A DNA stretch of 64,000 nucleotides. Origin: Tubulanus polymorphus (Eukaryota; Animalia; Nemertea). Below, piece after piece: positions 1 through 54,993 of this stretch (position 1 is its first letter; the number at the start of each line of letters is the position of its first letter). The notes under the pieces were generated by a model that worked only from the letters and a program-made list of their open reading frames with translations, was not told the DNA's origin and made no database searches. The DNA is taken from NCBI RefSeq assembly GCF_964204645.1, contig NC_134030.1:8661122-8725121 (forward strand). The letters run 5' to 3'. The translations under genes were made by a program, and so were the position numbers.

Positions 1-180
1 CAATACAATCTTACATTAATCACGGAAACTTCTGGTTCATTCCTTGAAAAATAAACCATTCAGTGAATTATCAGACTATGACAAACGGGTTGTGATTTGA
101 AAAGAAAGCATACATTAATTTTTTTCGGGTTAATAAAACAGTTACAGCAGGCTCGTAATTCAATAAATTTTTCATTATAG

Positions 181-3138
181 AACCTGCTGTAACGTTGACA
201 GAACCATATCTTACGCGCGATAAAGGTGAGGAAATAATCCGGTATGATTAAGAAAATAAATTATCATTAACATAATCATTATTGATTATTCAGGTCAAAG
301 CTGTTGTTGTTATCTATAAAAAGATATCTAGAATAGGAATGAATAAATGGAAGTAATCATTAGATTAGCGATACCGATGATGGAAAGGTATCAACATTTC
401 TCTCAATTTGTAGCATTTTTGCGAGAAAAGTTGGAAAGAAGTTTGAATCAAAGGAACATTACTGACGACGAGAAAACAGGTGCGCGCGTTACAATGTCTT
501 TCTCGTGCTTTCCCAAATGCCTATTTCAAGAACGGTATTTTCTTAAACGATTCTCATTACAGAGATATTGACGCTTTTAAGATGGGAAGGAAATTGGATC
601 GAATGGAATAGAGTGGTCTGCATTGATAATGCTGGTAAATATTGTACGCCAACATTTATGAGGCCTTCTTTTAAAATCTATGTACCGGTATGTTAATCTA
701 TGCAACATAGACTTTAAGTGTTACTTTCTGGCAGAAAAGACAGACTTAATGATTTTGCTTTTCGATTGAAGTTCTCATTTCGCATACATTTTAAATGATA
801 TATACATGTATAATACCTATTCATGAAAATCTTCTGTTTTAAGTAAGATTGATTGAGCGAACATTAATGGAATATTCCGCTACAGCCAACAAAAAGTCAC
901 CGGGTAAATTTAGCATTTGTTTATTTCTCATTTTAAGCATAATTATAACAACAACAAAGAGGATATTTTTGTCATTTTCTTTTATAGATGTATTAAAAAC
1001 AATGGATCAGTTACTAACTCAAGAAACTGAAGGTGATTCTGACATTAAATATATGTACACAGACAGGCCCTTGAATCAATTTTTAGGATCCCTTTACCTT
1101 TTATTGATATTTCCATCCGTAACGATTACTTGTTCTTCCGTACGACTTTCAGAAATCGACGCTTTGTGCAATAGAAATGAGGGTGAGCTTCAATTTTATT
1201 TAGGAATATTTCGTCCGTCTAATTGGCTCTGTTTTCGTCCAGAAATCCCACGCACGATCGTATAGAAAAAAAATTGTTAATTTTTCTTTTCTGTGTTTCA
1301 GTTGATTTATTCCGAAAAAGGGTTATATGCTATAGAGGTTCGTGTAATTCAAATTCTTATTTGTTATCATTAGAAGTTTTAAAATACTTTTGTGTATAGT
1401 TCCATAAAAGTAATTTCAAGATCATATTTTGTTTCAGCTACTGATACAGTAACACGTAAGTTATCAGAAAAATGAGAAAACGTTCGGTTGAAAAATGTAT
1501 CAAAAGCTTGAGTGATCGTTAGAGCATTGATATTGATGCATAAATTATTTTTGATTTATGTACTTGACAGGTAAATACATGAAAACTAGTTGTGCAACTA
1601 TCTTTGAGAATCAAATCGAAAAATTCAAAGGTAAGTAGCTACAGGTCCCTACTCAAAAGAGACAGTGGTTATAGATAAAAAACGCCTCCCATTTCTCATT
1701 TGCTTAAGCTAAACAGAAAAATCTAAATAGATACGAGCGCACTGCATTGAATTTGATAATGTTATAGTAGTGATTAAGTGTTATGTATGATAGTTAGCTA
1801 ACCATGCAGTATCCATCTTACAGAGTTGATAACTGTTATCTTGGATTCTCGAATATCAGAACTGTCGAAACAAGGTAAGTAGGTTTCCTGAAAATGTAAA
1901 TAAAAAACGATAAGATCAATTTTTATTCTAAAAACGCATTCAAAAATGCCATTCTATTGTCAAAATTGTGATGAAAAGTTTTACTTTTTGTAGTTCCTTC
2001 ACATAGTTTCATCGTCAGCAGGATACAGATAGGTACGCGCGCATAATCATCTATTCCCACTCATAGCATATGTCTGTCTGAACTGAAATGGGCCCCTGAA
2101 AAGAAGTATATTTTTATTTCTATATCTTGAATTTTTTTAGACAGTCTTTTAAGAGAGAAAATCATATTTGACCAAGGTAAGTCAGAATTTCATTGTGAAA
2201 CACAAAAGCGATGCTACGTGTAAAGTTTTCAACAGGACAACCTGATATCATTATGCGTGTTAATGCTTTTTCAGCCTCCGTCGATGGAATGCGAGAAATT
2301 ATAGGTACGTACATGATACGGATCCTCTTTGCATAATATGTGTGCTAATTGCACTAGGATAATAACTCATAATTTATTTCCAGACGATCGCATTCGTAAA
2401 ATCCAAGGAAATGGACGAGCCGATATAGGTATGAACAACTAAAAACTGTGGCATTGGTTGAATCTTTTCACTAACTACCATAGGCATCCCCGAGGGGGAA
2501 GGTTAAGTTAAGTTTATTTTGCAAAAAGGTTCGAGGATGCGAACGCCCCTCTCTTTTGGAATAATGAAAAATAGTTTTTTACCTCATAAATTACGCCGGC
2601 TACTCCAAACTTCGTACACCAAAATCTAGCAGCCATTCTTTTTCATTAGTAAAAAGCCTTATCGGCAAAGTGTGGTACAATCTTTATAGTGGAAATAGCC
2701 ATTTTTAAGGGAATTCGGCCCCTCCCCTGGAAAAAGAAACCGGGACGCTCATGTTTACCAATTCGCTCCCCGAAGTTTTAATGTACACTTTTTTTATTAA
2801 GATTTATTGGACGATTTAACCGAAGAAAGCGAAGATGGACAAATTGTTCTCAACCACGGTAAAAATTGATTGATTGGAATGATATTCGTTATACTTTCGA
2901 AATGTATTCTATTAAATTTGCCTTCATTTATGCAGCGAATAGGATCGGTTTGAACCTACAAGACGAAATACTGCACTGGGCCTTAGGTAACGAAGGATTC
3001 ACGACAATTTTTACTTTGATATTAAGTCCACTCTCTGTAGGTACACTGAAATGACTATGATATTATGCGCTTTTTTCAGATGATCTCATCCGACAACATT
3101 TATTAGTGTCAAGCGTGAACAGTGTCTATCGAGTATAG
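181..3138 (+). CDS. Micro-exon gene of unknown function, 3' part (5' end probably lies outside the window); about 266 aa visible
   Basis: AG/GT-bounded exons: 181-225, 414-479, 563-634, 844-903, 988-1032, 1153-1182, 1302-1337, 1438-1455, 1571-1630, 1824-1874, 1994-2032, 2141-2176, 2275-2304, 2384-2428, 2802-2858, 2936-2986. All 16 are multiples of 3, phase 1 and stop-free. Exon 3080-3138 ends in TAG. A probable 3'UTR exon starts at 3399, with AATAAA near 3489 and 3759. Confidence 0.8.
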
Positions 3139-4720
3139 GTAAATATAGTTCCAAACAGCACATGATCCTAGAGCAGATTCAGATGGGAGCACAAGAAGCA
3201 CGTGCCTGCCACCATCGAAATTGTCCCGTGCCTTTTTTCGGGCAGGTTTTCTTAGAATTTTCCTGACCGAATGGCGTGGATATTGCCCTTGTAAATAGTA
3301 TGCCCTTTTCATGTCTTTCGTTGTGCTCCTGTCGAAATCTGTCCCTTCATTTTTAGATCAAAATCTACCCTACTAATTGAAGTATTTTCTTTTTTCAGCT
3401 TCAAATGAACGTCATGTTTTTCAAGCCATGTAAAGTTAAAAAAGAATCAAAATATATGCATGTTAATAACTACAATCTCAGTAATGAAAATAAATGTAAT
3501 TTTGTAACTCTAGTTAAGTACCCTAGTTACCGAATCATTGGTGGTAAGTTTTTTCACTCGGATGGATTTATGCTTGGTGGTTCGCAAAAATATCCGATCG
3601 TGAAACCAAACCACGGACAGGATACGAGGACCCATGAATCACCATATGGTAGTTGTGTGGTTGGTACATCGATCATATGCTGCCAACAGCAAATATGCTA
3701 AAGCCTTCAGTTTCCACAATGAATCAATGAACAATCTGGAACACTTCTAGTACTGAATGAATAAAATGATTTTATTTTGTGAAAAATGATACGAATATAT
3801 CATTATATATTATATATAAAATACAGTTGTGAATGGTCCCGGTACAAATTTCTCATAAACTGATGGAAGTTGTGTATAAAAATTTGAGCAATATAAAAAC
3901 ACATGAGCAATAAAATATACGTGTCCGGCTGGCATATACACCAGCTGCTAATGATGGTAGGATGGTAGGCTCTGATTATCTACATAATGTACCTACACTG
4001 AATCGTCTAATGTATAGTCCTCTTAACTACGAAGAGTGGAAATGCTCGCAAGTACTACATGTACGTTTGCTTATTGGCCAAATAGGTTCAACTCTACCAC
4101 TCCCAACCATGGCGAACTTCAGATTTCGTAGTTTGTCGACAAGTGGTTGGAGCAAATAATCGAACGCTTTATAGTTCAATCTTAAAGTATTTCACAGCTT
4201 CAGCCATTCTACATCGACTATACTCAGTTGCGTGGTTTGCTATTTTCGGACTATAGTTCCGACTAACTGACATTCGGTTTGACTTAACTTGCCAAATAGT
4301 CAGTTTACTTAGATAACTGAAGTTCGACCTTACTAAGTTAGACTACAGATGATAAAGTCTGCCGAATTAGGCTACCTTAAAAGGGTATTGTTCAACTCGA
4401 TATAATTAATTATATGACTAAGAACCTATGAAATATACAGAATAAAATGTCATAATCTATACAAAAATACACCGTACAGAATCGCTAATGAATCACACTT
4501 CAGTTATACAGTGGTCCAACATGCATACACCCAGTCACACAAACACATACACGTACATATGTCAAAACTGCAATTTTGAGGTAGGGTTAACCATGCGCTC
4601 TTAATTCGTTTTAGAGTCCATGGGTTAACGTGTATGACTTACTTAAAATCATGTACAGCCATTACCATCATCGAATCAGTATTGGGCAGTGCATTTGGCT
4701 ATTTACACTTTCATAACATA

Positions 4721-4895
4721 TAGTAGAACTCGCTTAATTTGGATTTTTCATACCGGATTTTCATTTAATTTGGATGAAATATTCGGTCTATTTAACCTGG
4801 AACCATGTAAACCATTACTATTATTCAAAATTCAGATTTTACTTAATTTGGAGAGATCTGGGCAGTTCCCTAGTCATCTGAAGTGAGTTCTACTG
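4721..4895. mobile_element. Tc1/mariner-type MITE
   Basis: Imperfect TIRs TAGTAGAACTCGCTT / AAGTGAGTTCTACTG with TA on both flanks. Confidence 0.55.
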
Positions 4896-5647
4896 TAATA
4901 CAATAGAAACTAATTCAGATTATTTCTGACAATGAAACTACTTAAGTTCATTAGAAATCCAGATTGACGATCAGATTTCACATACGTTTATGTAGGTGGA
5001 CCAATAACAATAACTGGATTAGATAAAAATCCAGAATGAAATGACTCGAATTAAGTGAGTTCGACCATAATAAATACTTGTATAGGAAATGTAGTTAAAT
5101 GCATCATAAGACTATTCTATCGGCTGAGCAATTTATCAAATTCTTATTTCACATGGTAAAAAATTACATTTTTCAGTACAAGATTTTGCGATAAATTTGC
5201 TTAAGACGAAATCCATTATGCCTGGGTAGAACACAGTATTACATACATTAAAAATATGTAAAAGCTATTAATCATGACAAAAAAATATTATTGGATAAGA
5301 TAAAAATATGTGAAAATTCTAAAATGCAGTATTTACTTTACGAGATAAAATGGAATAAACGCTTTATAAATGCATTCGTATCGTACAGGTATATGATAAA
5401 AGAAATATTCTTTAATAATTCTTTAAATGCGAATAGGACCGACCACTGTGCTGGTAAAATGCATCATAACAAAATTGCATACATTTTGTATTTCTTATTG
5501 AGATAATAAATGGCGTAAGTCGTAAAATTGATTTTTGATACCAGGGTACCTAAAAATGAATTCAGCCAGGAATAAAATGCTAAAAAAAATGTATTTCCCA
5601 TACGCAGATGGTAAAATATTATTGTAGTAACCAATTTCTCTCATGTT

Positions 5648-8720
<3,073 letters not shown>

Positions 8721-8852
8721 GACAACTGTTAGGCTAAATACGATTCCAATTGTTAACCCATCATTGCTCTCTTCTCAGTACTTTTACATAATAACGTCAT
8801 CAGGTCATCAGCTGAAGAAACAAAAAGAAGGTACATGTGTTTTGTATGTTGT

Positions 8853-9310
8853 CTACATCTACATGTACGTGGGATACTGCATCTGAACCGCGATCGCGCG
8901 TATTACGATGCAGGGGGAAGGTGGTGCGATTAGGTGGTGCATACTGAGGCAGCAGAACATATCCTATGGATTATCTCCTGACTGCTGTTGTTCCAGTCCA
9001 CAAATGTTCTTGGGAAAAAAGAGTTTTGAGAACTCCTCGGTCGACGTCCTAAACTGTAGCAGTTTACAATCGTTCAGCCGTCTAGTTCTTCCGGATCCTT
9101 GTTCGATGTAATTTTCCTTGTCGATTGCAGGGACTGTTCCGGTTACTATTCTGGCCATGAGCGCTATGAGATTATCTTGGCGGCGGGAGGCTAGGCTTGG
9201 CCATTTCAGCTCCTCCAGCATTGTCATTACCACACTACTGCTGCGGTACGCTTATACTCAGTTATAGTTTCCGGTCACGGTTGTGTTTTCTTATTTTAAA
9301 ATTTGTTACT
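8853..9310 (-). mobile_element. 5'-truncated CR1/L2-clade LINE fragment upstream of the CDK start codon
   Basis: Peptide VTGNY..VMTMLEELKWPSLASRR...FFP resembles the C-terminus of LINE ORF2. Short (ATGTAG)n tail. The 17-bp direct repeat TGTGTTTTGTATGTTGT lies at 8836-8852 and 9311-9327. Confidence 0.7.
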
Positions 9311-9875
9311 TGTGTTTTGTATGTTGTATTTTCCTATTTTAAAATTTGTAACTTTATTGAATTTGGGAATCTTATATGTAATGTTTAACATGTTATAAGG
9401 ATCACAGAATTGAATTGAATCGTCTAAGAACAAGTCTTCTGCCCTGGGCATGAAAAGAGCACTTCTACAGCAGGTCCCAGCAAATCTAGTACTAGCAAGG
9501 TGAAGAAAATCAAAACATCAATAGTAACAACATTACGAACCAATGAAACAGCCTCCAACACTTTGTCTTTATAGATGAAGAAATTAATTCTTCTTCTTAA
9601 AACTTTGGGCGATCAGATCACAATTTATCATGAAGCGAACCGTCGTTTATTTTGTGTTAGATGGTGTGTAAGATCAGATTCAATCTGCGATCTACAAAGA
9701 ACGGCAACAGATTTTTCAATGTATTTAGAACGTATGGTATATTTATGAGAATTGGAATTAAGTTACTTAATGGAGATTTAACAATCTAATTAATCGACAT
9801 TTCGTACAACAAATTTCTAACCAATTAAATTCAACCTGACAAAAGATTGTGAAGGTCGCGTGGACCTAGGTAAAT

Positions 9876-9895
9876 ACTTCCGGTTCCACTTCCGG
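9876..9895. promoter_or_regulatory. Tandem ETS/GABP-type sites in a probable bidirectional CDK/AGPS promoter
   Basis: ACTTCCGG at 9876-9883 and 9888-9895, about 70-90 bp upstream of the AGPS ATG and between two divergent genes. Confidence 0.6.
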
Positions 9896-9966
9896 GTTCG
9901 TCGTTCAAGTCCTTTACGCAATCCCTTTTACACCGCCTGCCCGGTCACTACTGAACGGCTCTGAAA

Positions 9967-49941
<39,975 letters not shown>

Positions 49942-50354
49942 AACAATGTTAAACAAAGTATGGTGTGTAGTTTGATAGGTGTACATGTAGTCGTTTCCTA
50001 GACAGTTCTGCTACGTGTCTATTTGATTTTAGTTGAATGATACTGATTCTTCAGATATCCAAGGTGCTCGATGTATATGACAAAAAGTTCATCTGTCTGA
50101 TTCTGATCAAAAATAAGATAAAGCCATTCGTTCTGAATCGATTCAATGAAATAATGAATTTAGTTGTAAATGACAGTTATTGTTATACTTTGAATATACA
50201 AAGCCGAAGACAGTGACACTGTGTTAAACTGTATAATATTGTCCCCGCATCACGTGGAAAAGATATGACTCAAATTGTGATTTTGAAGGCAGTATGAATA
50301 AGTGAAAAATGTTATATATATACATGTATGTAATAATGTGCTAAATCATGTCAA

Positions 50355-50366
50355 AATAAATTTATT
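50355..50366. terminator. Back-to-back polyadenylation signals AATAAA|TTTATT between convergent AGPS and ERI1
   Basis: Palindromic AATAAATTTATT about 410 bp after the AGPS stop. Confidence 0.35.
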
Positions 50367-52498
50367 TCAATTGTGAATAAATAAGCAATCACGAAGTTCT
50401 CCCTAAGTTTTATCTCCAAAGTAGAAACGAATATTTGATTGGACGGTATATCTTCAGAGGAGATGGCTACTGTCAAGCGAGTTCTCGTATTTTTCCAGCT
50501 GATACTATGATTCTGCATCTGCTACATGTAAACATGGTTCGTGGTCGTGGGCACAAAAAGTGCGGGAAAAGTAGCGCTTTTAGTGAATTACGCCTATGAT
50601 GGACATCGTAACAAGATTTGTGAAACCATCACCATTGGATGACCTGGAACAGACTGAACTCGTTCACGAAATCTGATCTTTTAAACCAAAATCAAAAGTT
50701 GCATAAAACATCTTTTCTATTTAAAGTGGCTTTAAATTCGTTATTAATTGAGCGAACAATTTCTCTTCATTAGATAAAGCATTGGCGTTGATGGAATTAA
50801 CGAATGAAACAATATCTATCTCCACAACAATTTTTCCACAATGAAATTCGTCTTGCAAGAGTAAATTTGTATAGGGGTTTACTATTTTTGGTGGGGGAGG
50901 GCAACGGGTATTTGTATTCGGCACATCAATTAATTGCTCTCAATAATATGGAAGGAAAGAAGTGGAAATTTATTGAATGTTTTTGGTGAATGGTCATTTA
51001 ATCAATGTTAATGAATAGTTCATTCTGTATATAAATAGATTAATTAAGCAAATGAGTTTTTGCTGAAAAAAATTGAATACAGAATACCGTTACCTAAAAA
51101 AATATGGAAACATCATTTAGAATTTAGGTCGGATTCTTGCAAGTATCATACATTATTAGCACTAAACACCTCAGTGGTCTGTATTGTTGGTAATAAGGAA
51201 ATTATGTTCTGGCGGTAAATATTTACTAATTTTAGTTCACAGAAATTCCGCTATAGTTATTCACCACCTAATACAGCCGCGCGATTCTACTCTGGCACGG
51301 GAGGAATTCAGATACTTTTTCAGTCAAATTTAATCACAACTCAACTGTAGTTTGACACAAATGGATAATCGTATAAATTTTAAAGCTTTATTTAACAGGA
51401 ATCTGCTTATGTGATCGATTTTCAAGCCACTTTAAAGAGGACTCTTTGCTCGGCGAATGTATAAGCATCTGGTGAAGCAGCAGACTCACGTGCCACACGA
51501 TAAATTTAAAGGAAATAAGATTTTATTCCAAAGGATTTTCAGATCATAAACTATATAACAAACAATCATTTCACAAAGACAATAGTCTGCACTTACGTCG
51601 TATGTAATGGGACAAATAAATTGACCATGTCCAAAGGACATGTTTACTGCTTAGAAATGATGTGTGCTTGGCCTTTTAATTAGATCATCTCTTGAGTACT
51701 CTTGACTCTTACAAAATGTTGTGACAAGTATTCAGATAACTTGTAAATCAAAAAGTACCTTTTCAGCACTTTTTGATATTTTCATGACAAATTTTTCCAA
51801 AAAATATCCCAGCAGCAGATTCATTAGTCCTTGCAATTTTGTGGGAAATCCTGCAAACATTCCATTGTTTCTGTAAAACAATTCGGTCCAATCAAAATAA
51901 CATCGAAAATTAATGTATTTGAAGTGTGTTGCCAGGACTATATAGATAGATAGATAGCATGTTTTGATAGAATCAATTTTTTTGTAAACTGATTTTATTT
52001 TGCTTTGAAATCAACCATTATACAATCTTATTTCATTGATATCTTGAAGTCTATGCAACTACATTAAACAATATACAAATCACCTCATAACTACACATTT
52101 ACGTCATTTGCTATACTACAGTCCTGAATGACTGAATATGTGAAGTAATTTAAATGCTTTAAGTATTTGTAACTATTTTTAAATGATAATGAGTCAATAA
52201 TACACTAGGTACGACAGGTATTAATTCTCTATATCAATCAGTAGCGAATATTAAAATACCGATAATTAGAGATAATAGCACAGATTTAACAGTAATGATT
52301 TTGTGTTTTCTGTACGTAATATAAAGGCAAAGATTGGATCGCTCTACTAAGATTCAGTTGACGATTTAATCGTCACTCTCATTTTCATTGAAAGCTTGAT
52401 TCGGGATCATGTATCACCAGAGTTTTGAGATAGATAGAATATTTGCTTAATGGCCAGTATCTCAGTTTTTCGAAAGTCAGAGAGAAAAGCTACGTTCT

Positions 52499-53749
52499 TC
52501 AACTGTTTTGTAAGTTTAGATAAAACAACAGATCCTCGATGTTGTTATCATCCTGTTTCAAAATATTCTCGACCTCTTCACGTTGTTTTTCGCGTACTGA
52601 TTTCTGTTTAACTGGTACCTGATGTTGCTGATGCTGTTTCCGTTGCTGATGGTGCGACGACGATGACGACTGTTGCCGCGTATGCCCGCGCTGTAAAATC
52701 GGCACGTCGCCCGATTCACCGATTTCGCAATCGTCGACGTCATTTTTCTCATCTTCGCGAAGCACGGGAACGACGTCGTACAAAATCTCGGCATTCTCCT
52801 GTAGACGATACGCCAGCAATTTCTCGTTGACGTGCACGCTGCATCCGTCGGCCATGATATGACCGACGACTCGCGCAATATTGCGCGCGTCGTCGATACC
52901 GCTGTGCGGTTTACCGATGAATGCCATTCCCAAATTCTCGAGCATCGCGCGTAAATTCGCCTTGGCGAATCCGTAAAAATTACGATACGTCTTACGCACA
53001 TTGACCCACTTGCGCGCCCACCGCGGAAACTTTATCTCCGATATTTGACATTGTTTCTGCATGAATCGACTCATATCCCACGGCCCGTCGGTGACGATCG
53101 CGTACGTCGATGCGCCGTCGTTCGAGCACAGCGAAAGCCATGATTCCATTCGCTGAAGAACGTCGGGGAAAGCGTCGGCGCTGTCGATCACCTCCTGGGT
53201 AATACCCGTCAACTCTGTGCAGAACGGTGACAATTTCGAGTTCTTCTGCGGCCTGCAATATTCGTGAAACTCCGATTCGACTTTTAACGTGTTAGTGTTC
53301 AGCAAAATGGCCGGAAACTCGATTATCTCATGCGGAAAGTTTGTGCCGTTACTTTCCTCACAGGTCGCCTCGAAATCGATGATTACGAGATAATCGTATG
53401 GCGTTTCACGTTTAGTTACGTTCGCGATGCGCGCTTTAACGAGTTTCTGTTTTTTGTACAAATTCTTCAGACGCTTTTTCAGAACTTCTTTCACGCCACG
53501 CGTGTCCATGTGATACTTAGCAAGCTGTTCCCGTAGCTCCAGTTTCGTCATTCTGTTCACTTCGCCGTTCGTCAGCGATATCTGTTTGTAAACGGGATCG
53601 CTGAACGGGCCATCGTAAGAATGCCTCTGATCATCTTTATTGACTGTCCGCTGTGGATTCGGTTTATGTCGGGGTTTCCAGTTATGCACAGTTGCCGCAT
53701 CGGGACCTTCCCCGCAGACATCCAACTGCAATAAGCCTCCTTCTGCCAT
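52499..53749 (-). CDS. ERI1: 3'-5' exoribonuclease 1 (ERI1/3'hExo; SAP domain plus DEDDh nuclease), 416 aa, single coding exon
   Basis: SAP-like MTKLELREQLAKYHMDTRGVKEVLKKRLK, followed by IIDFEATC, HEIIEFP, FCTELTGITQ, TDGPWDM and HSGIDDARN. Probable start is MAEGG at 53749, behind an acceptor at 53768. Candidate 5'UTR donor GTATGT at 54996. Confidence 0.95.
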   Translation of the reverse strand: MAEGGLLQLDVCGEGPDAATVHNWKPRHKPNPQRTVNKDDQRHSYDGPFSDPVYKQISLTNGEVNRMTKLELREQLAKYHMDTRGVKEVLKKRLKNLYKKQKLVKARIANVTKRETPYDYLVIIDFEATCEESNGTNFPHEIIEFPAILLNTNTLKVESEFHEYCRPQKNSKLSPFCTELTGITQEVIDSADAFPDVLQRMESWLSLCSNDGASTYAIVTDGPWDMSRFMQKQCQISEIKFPRWARKWVNVRKTYRNFYGFAKANLRAMLENLGMAFIGKPHSGIDDARNIARVVGHIMADGCSVHVNEKLLAYRLQENAEILYDVVPVLREDEKNDVDDCEIGESGDVPILQRGHTRQQSSSSSHHQQRKQHQQHQVPVKQKSVREKQREEVENILKQDDNNIEDLLFYLNLQNS

Positions 53750-53930
53750 AATAACAAACACGAAAATCTGCAATCGAGAAACAATACATATCAAAACTCT
53801 CATCTCATAAAAAACCCAAAAATTTGAAATAAATTGAATTAAACTTTAACCATCTTAAGGTTAATAGAGCTTTAAAAAAAACAAATCAGAACAACATTCT
53901 TCACGATATGTGGAAAATACATCTGATAGG

Positions 53931-54890
53931 TATGGAAGCCCTGAAACGACATTACAAATTATGTTTTACAAATTACGAGTTTAAGGTTAACGATTTACCA
54001 TAATGAGCTCCCTGCATTTCATATTTCGCGCCAGGTCAAGGCCTTAAACAATTACGTTTTACGAATTACGTTTCATGACTTAGGCCTACGTTTTACGCAT
54101 TACGTTTTACGAACGTTTTCCATTGACTTATTGGCTATTGCTTCAAGAGTTTTTCGGAAAAACACAGGCTTTGCAATGAAGTCGAATCATGACGAAGAAT
54201 GAATCTGACTGAATTTATTTTGCATTTTGAAATATATACATGTATATATCAATAGTAAAATTGACAGAGTTTCGTATGCATTTTTTATTACAATATAGAG
54301 TAATAATGAGACTAAGGAAGTCAAAAAGTGACTTATGATAATTTCAAATGATTAAAAATATAGAGATTCAGCCTGCATATGCCCGGATTAATTTCTTAAT
54401 AAATTAATAAAACACTGACACAGTCCTGTTTGGCAAGGGCACGATGATTAAGATGATACAAAACTGAAAATTATTCGGGGTTCATGGAGATAAAAAGGAA
54501 TTTGACTCCATATCGGTGCGGATACAATTGTTCAATTGTAACCAATGATCAGAACAAGTCTTAGCTTTTAATAATGAAAATATATATTTATATTTGAAAG
54601 CAAAGCGTTTGGGCTGCAATGTCATCGATCATTAGTTCATTCATCGTTATTAGTTCGGCAAAAAATTACAACCGATCACACTACAGTGCTGCCTTCTCTG
54701 CCTGCTGCCCAAAGTTATTCACGACACAGAGAGTGCACCACAACCTTGACCATTTGTGATAAATTGAACCGAAATGTAGTGGTAAATCGTTGCCCAAAAT
54801 ATAAGTCGTAAAAAGTAACTCGTAAGATGTAATTCGTAAAAAACGTAATTCGTAAAACGTAATTCGTTATGTCGTTTCAGGGCTTCCATA
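53931..54890. mobile_element. Non-autonomous DNA transposon (IS3EU-like), 960 bp, in the probable ERI1 5'UTR intron
   Basis: Perfect 22-bp TIR TATGGAAGCCCTGAAACGACAT. 6-bp TSD GATAGG at 53925-53930 and 54891-54896. Subterminal TTACG(T/A) repeats. No ORF. Confidence 0.85.
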
Positions 54891-54915
54891 GATAGGGTTC
54901 TTAGTCTTTATCAAA

Positions 54916-54993
54916 TCTATATCTTCGAAATAACACTTTCTCGTACAAACAATCAATTCTATATCTTCGAAATAACACTTTCTCGTACAAACA
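54916..54993 (+). repeat. Tandem duplication with a 42-bp period
   Basis: TCTATATCTTCGAAATAACACTTTCTCGTACAAACA at 54916 and 54958. Confidence 0.8.

Noticed and set aside
64-387. Additional micro-exons at 64-88 and 364-387
   Set aside because: The first is not a multiple of 3 and the second has a stop in phase 1, so both were left out of the model.
347-3701. ORF-track entries 347-571, 849-1265, 2866-3054, 3109-3312 and 3405-3701 as independent genes
   Set aside because: The first three are read-throughs of micro-exons into introns. The others are antisense or lie in the probable 3'UTR.
53750-53803. N-terminal extension MRVLICIVSRLQIFVFVI of ERI1 as a signal peptide
   Set aside because: It spans the intron acceptor at 53768; MAEGG is the more plausible start.
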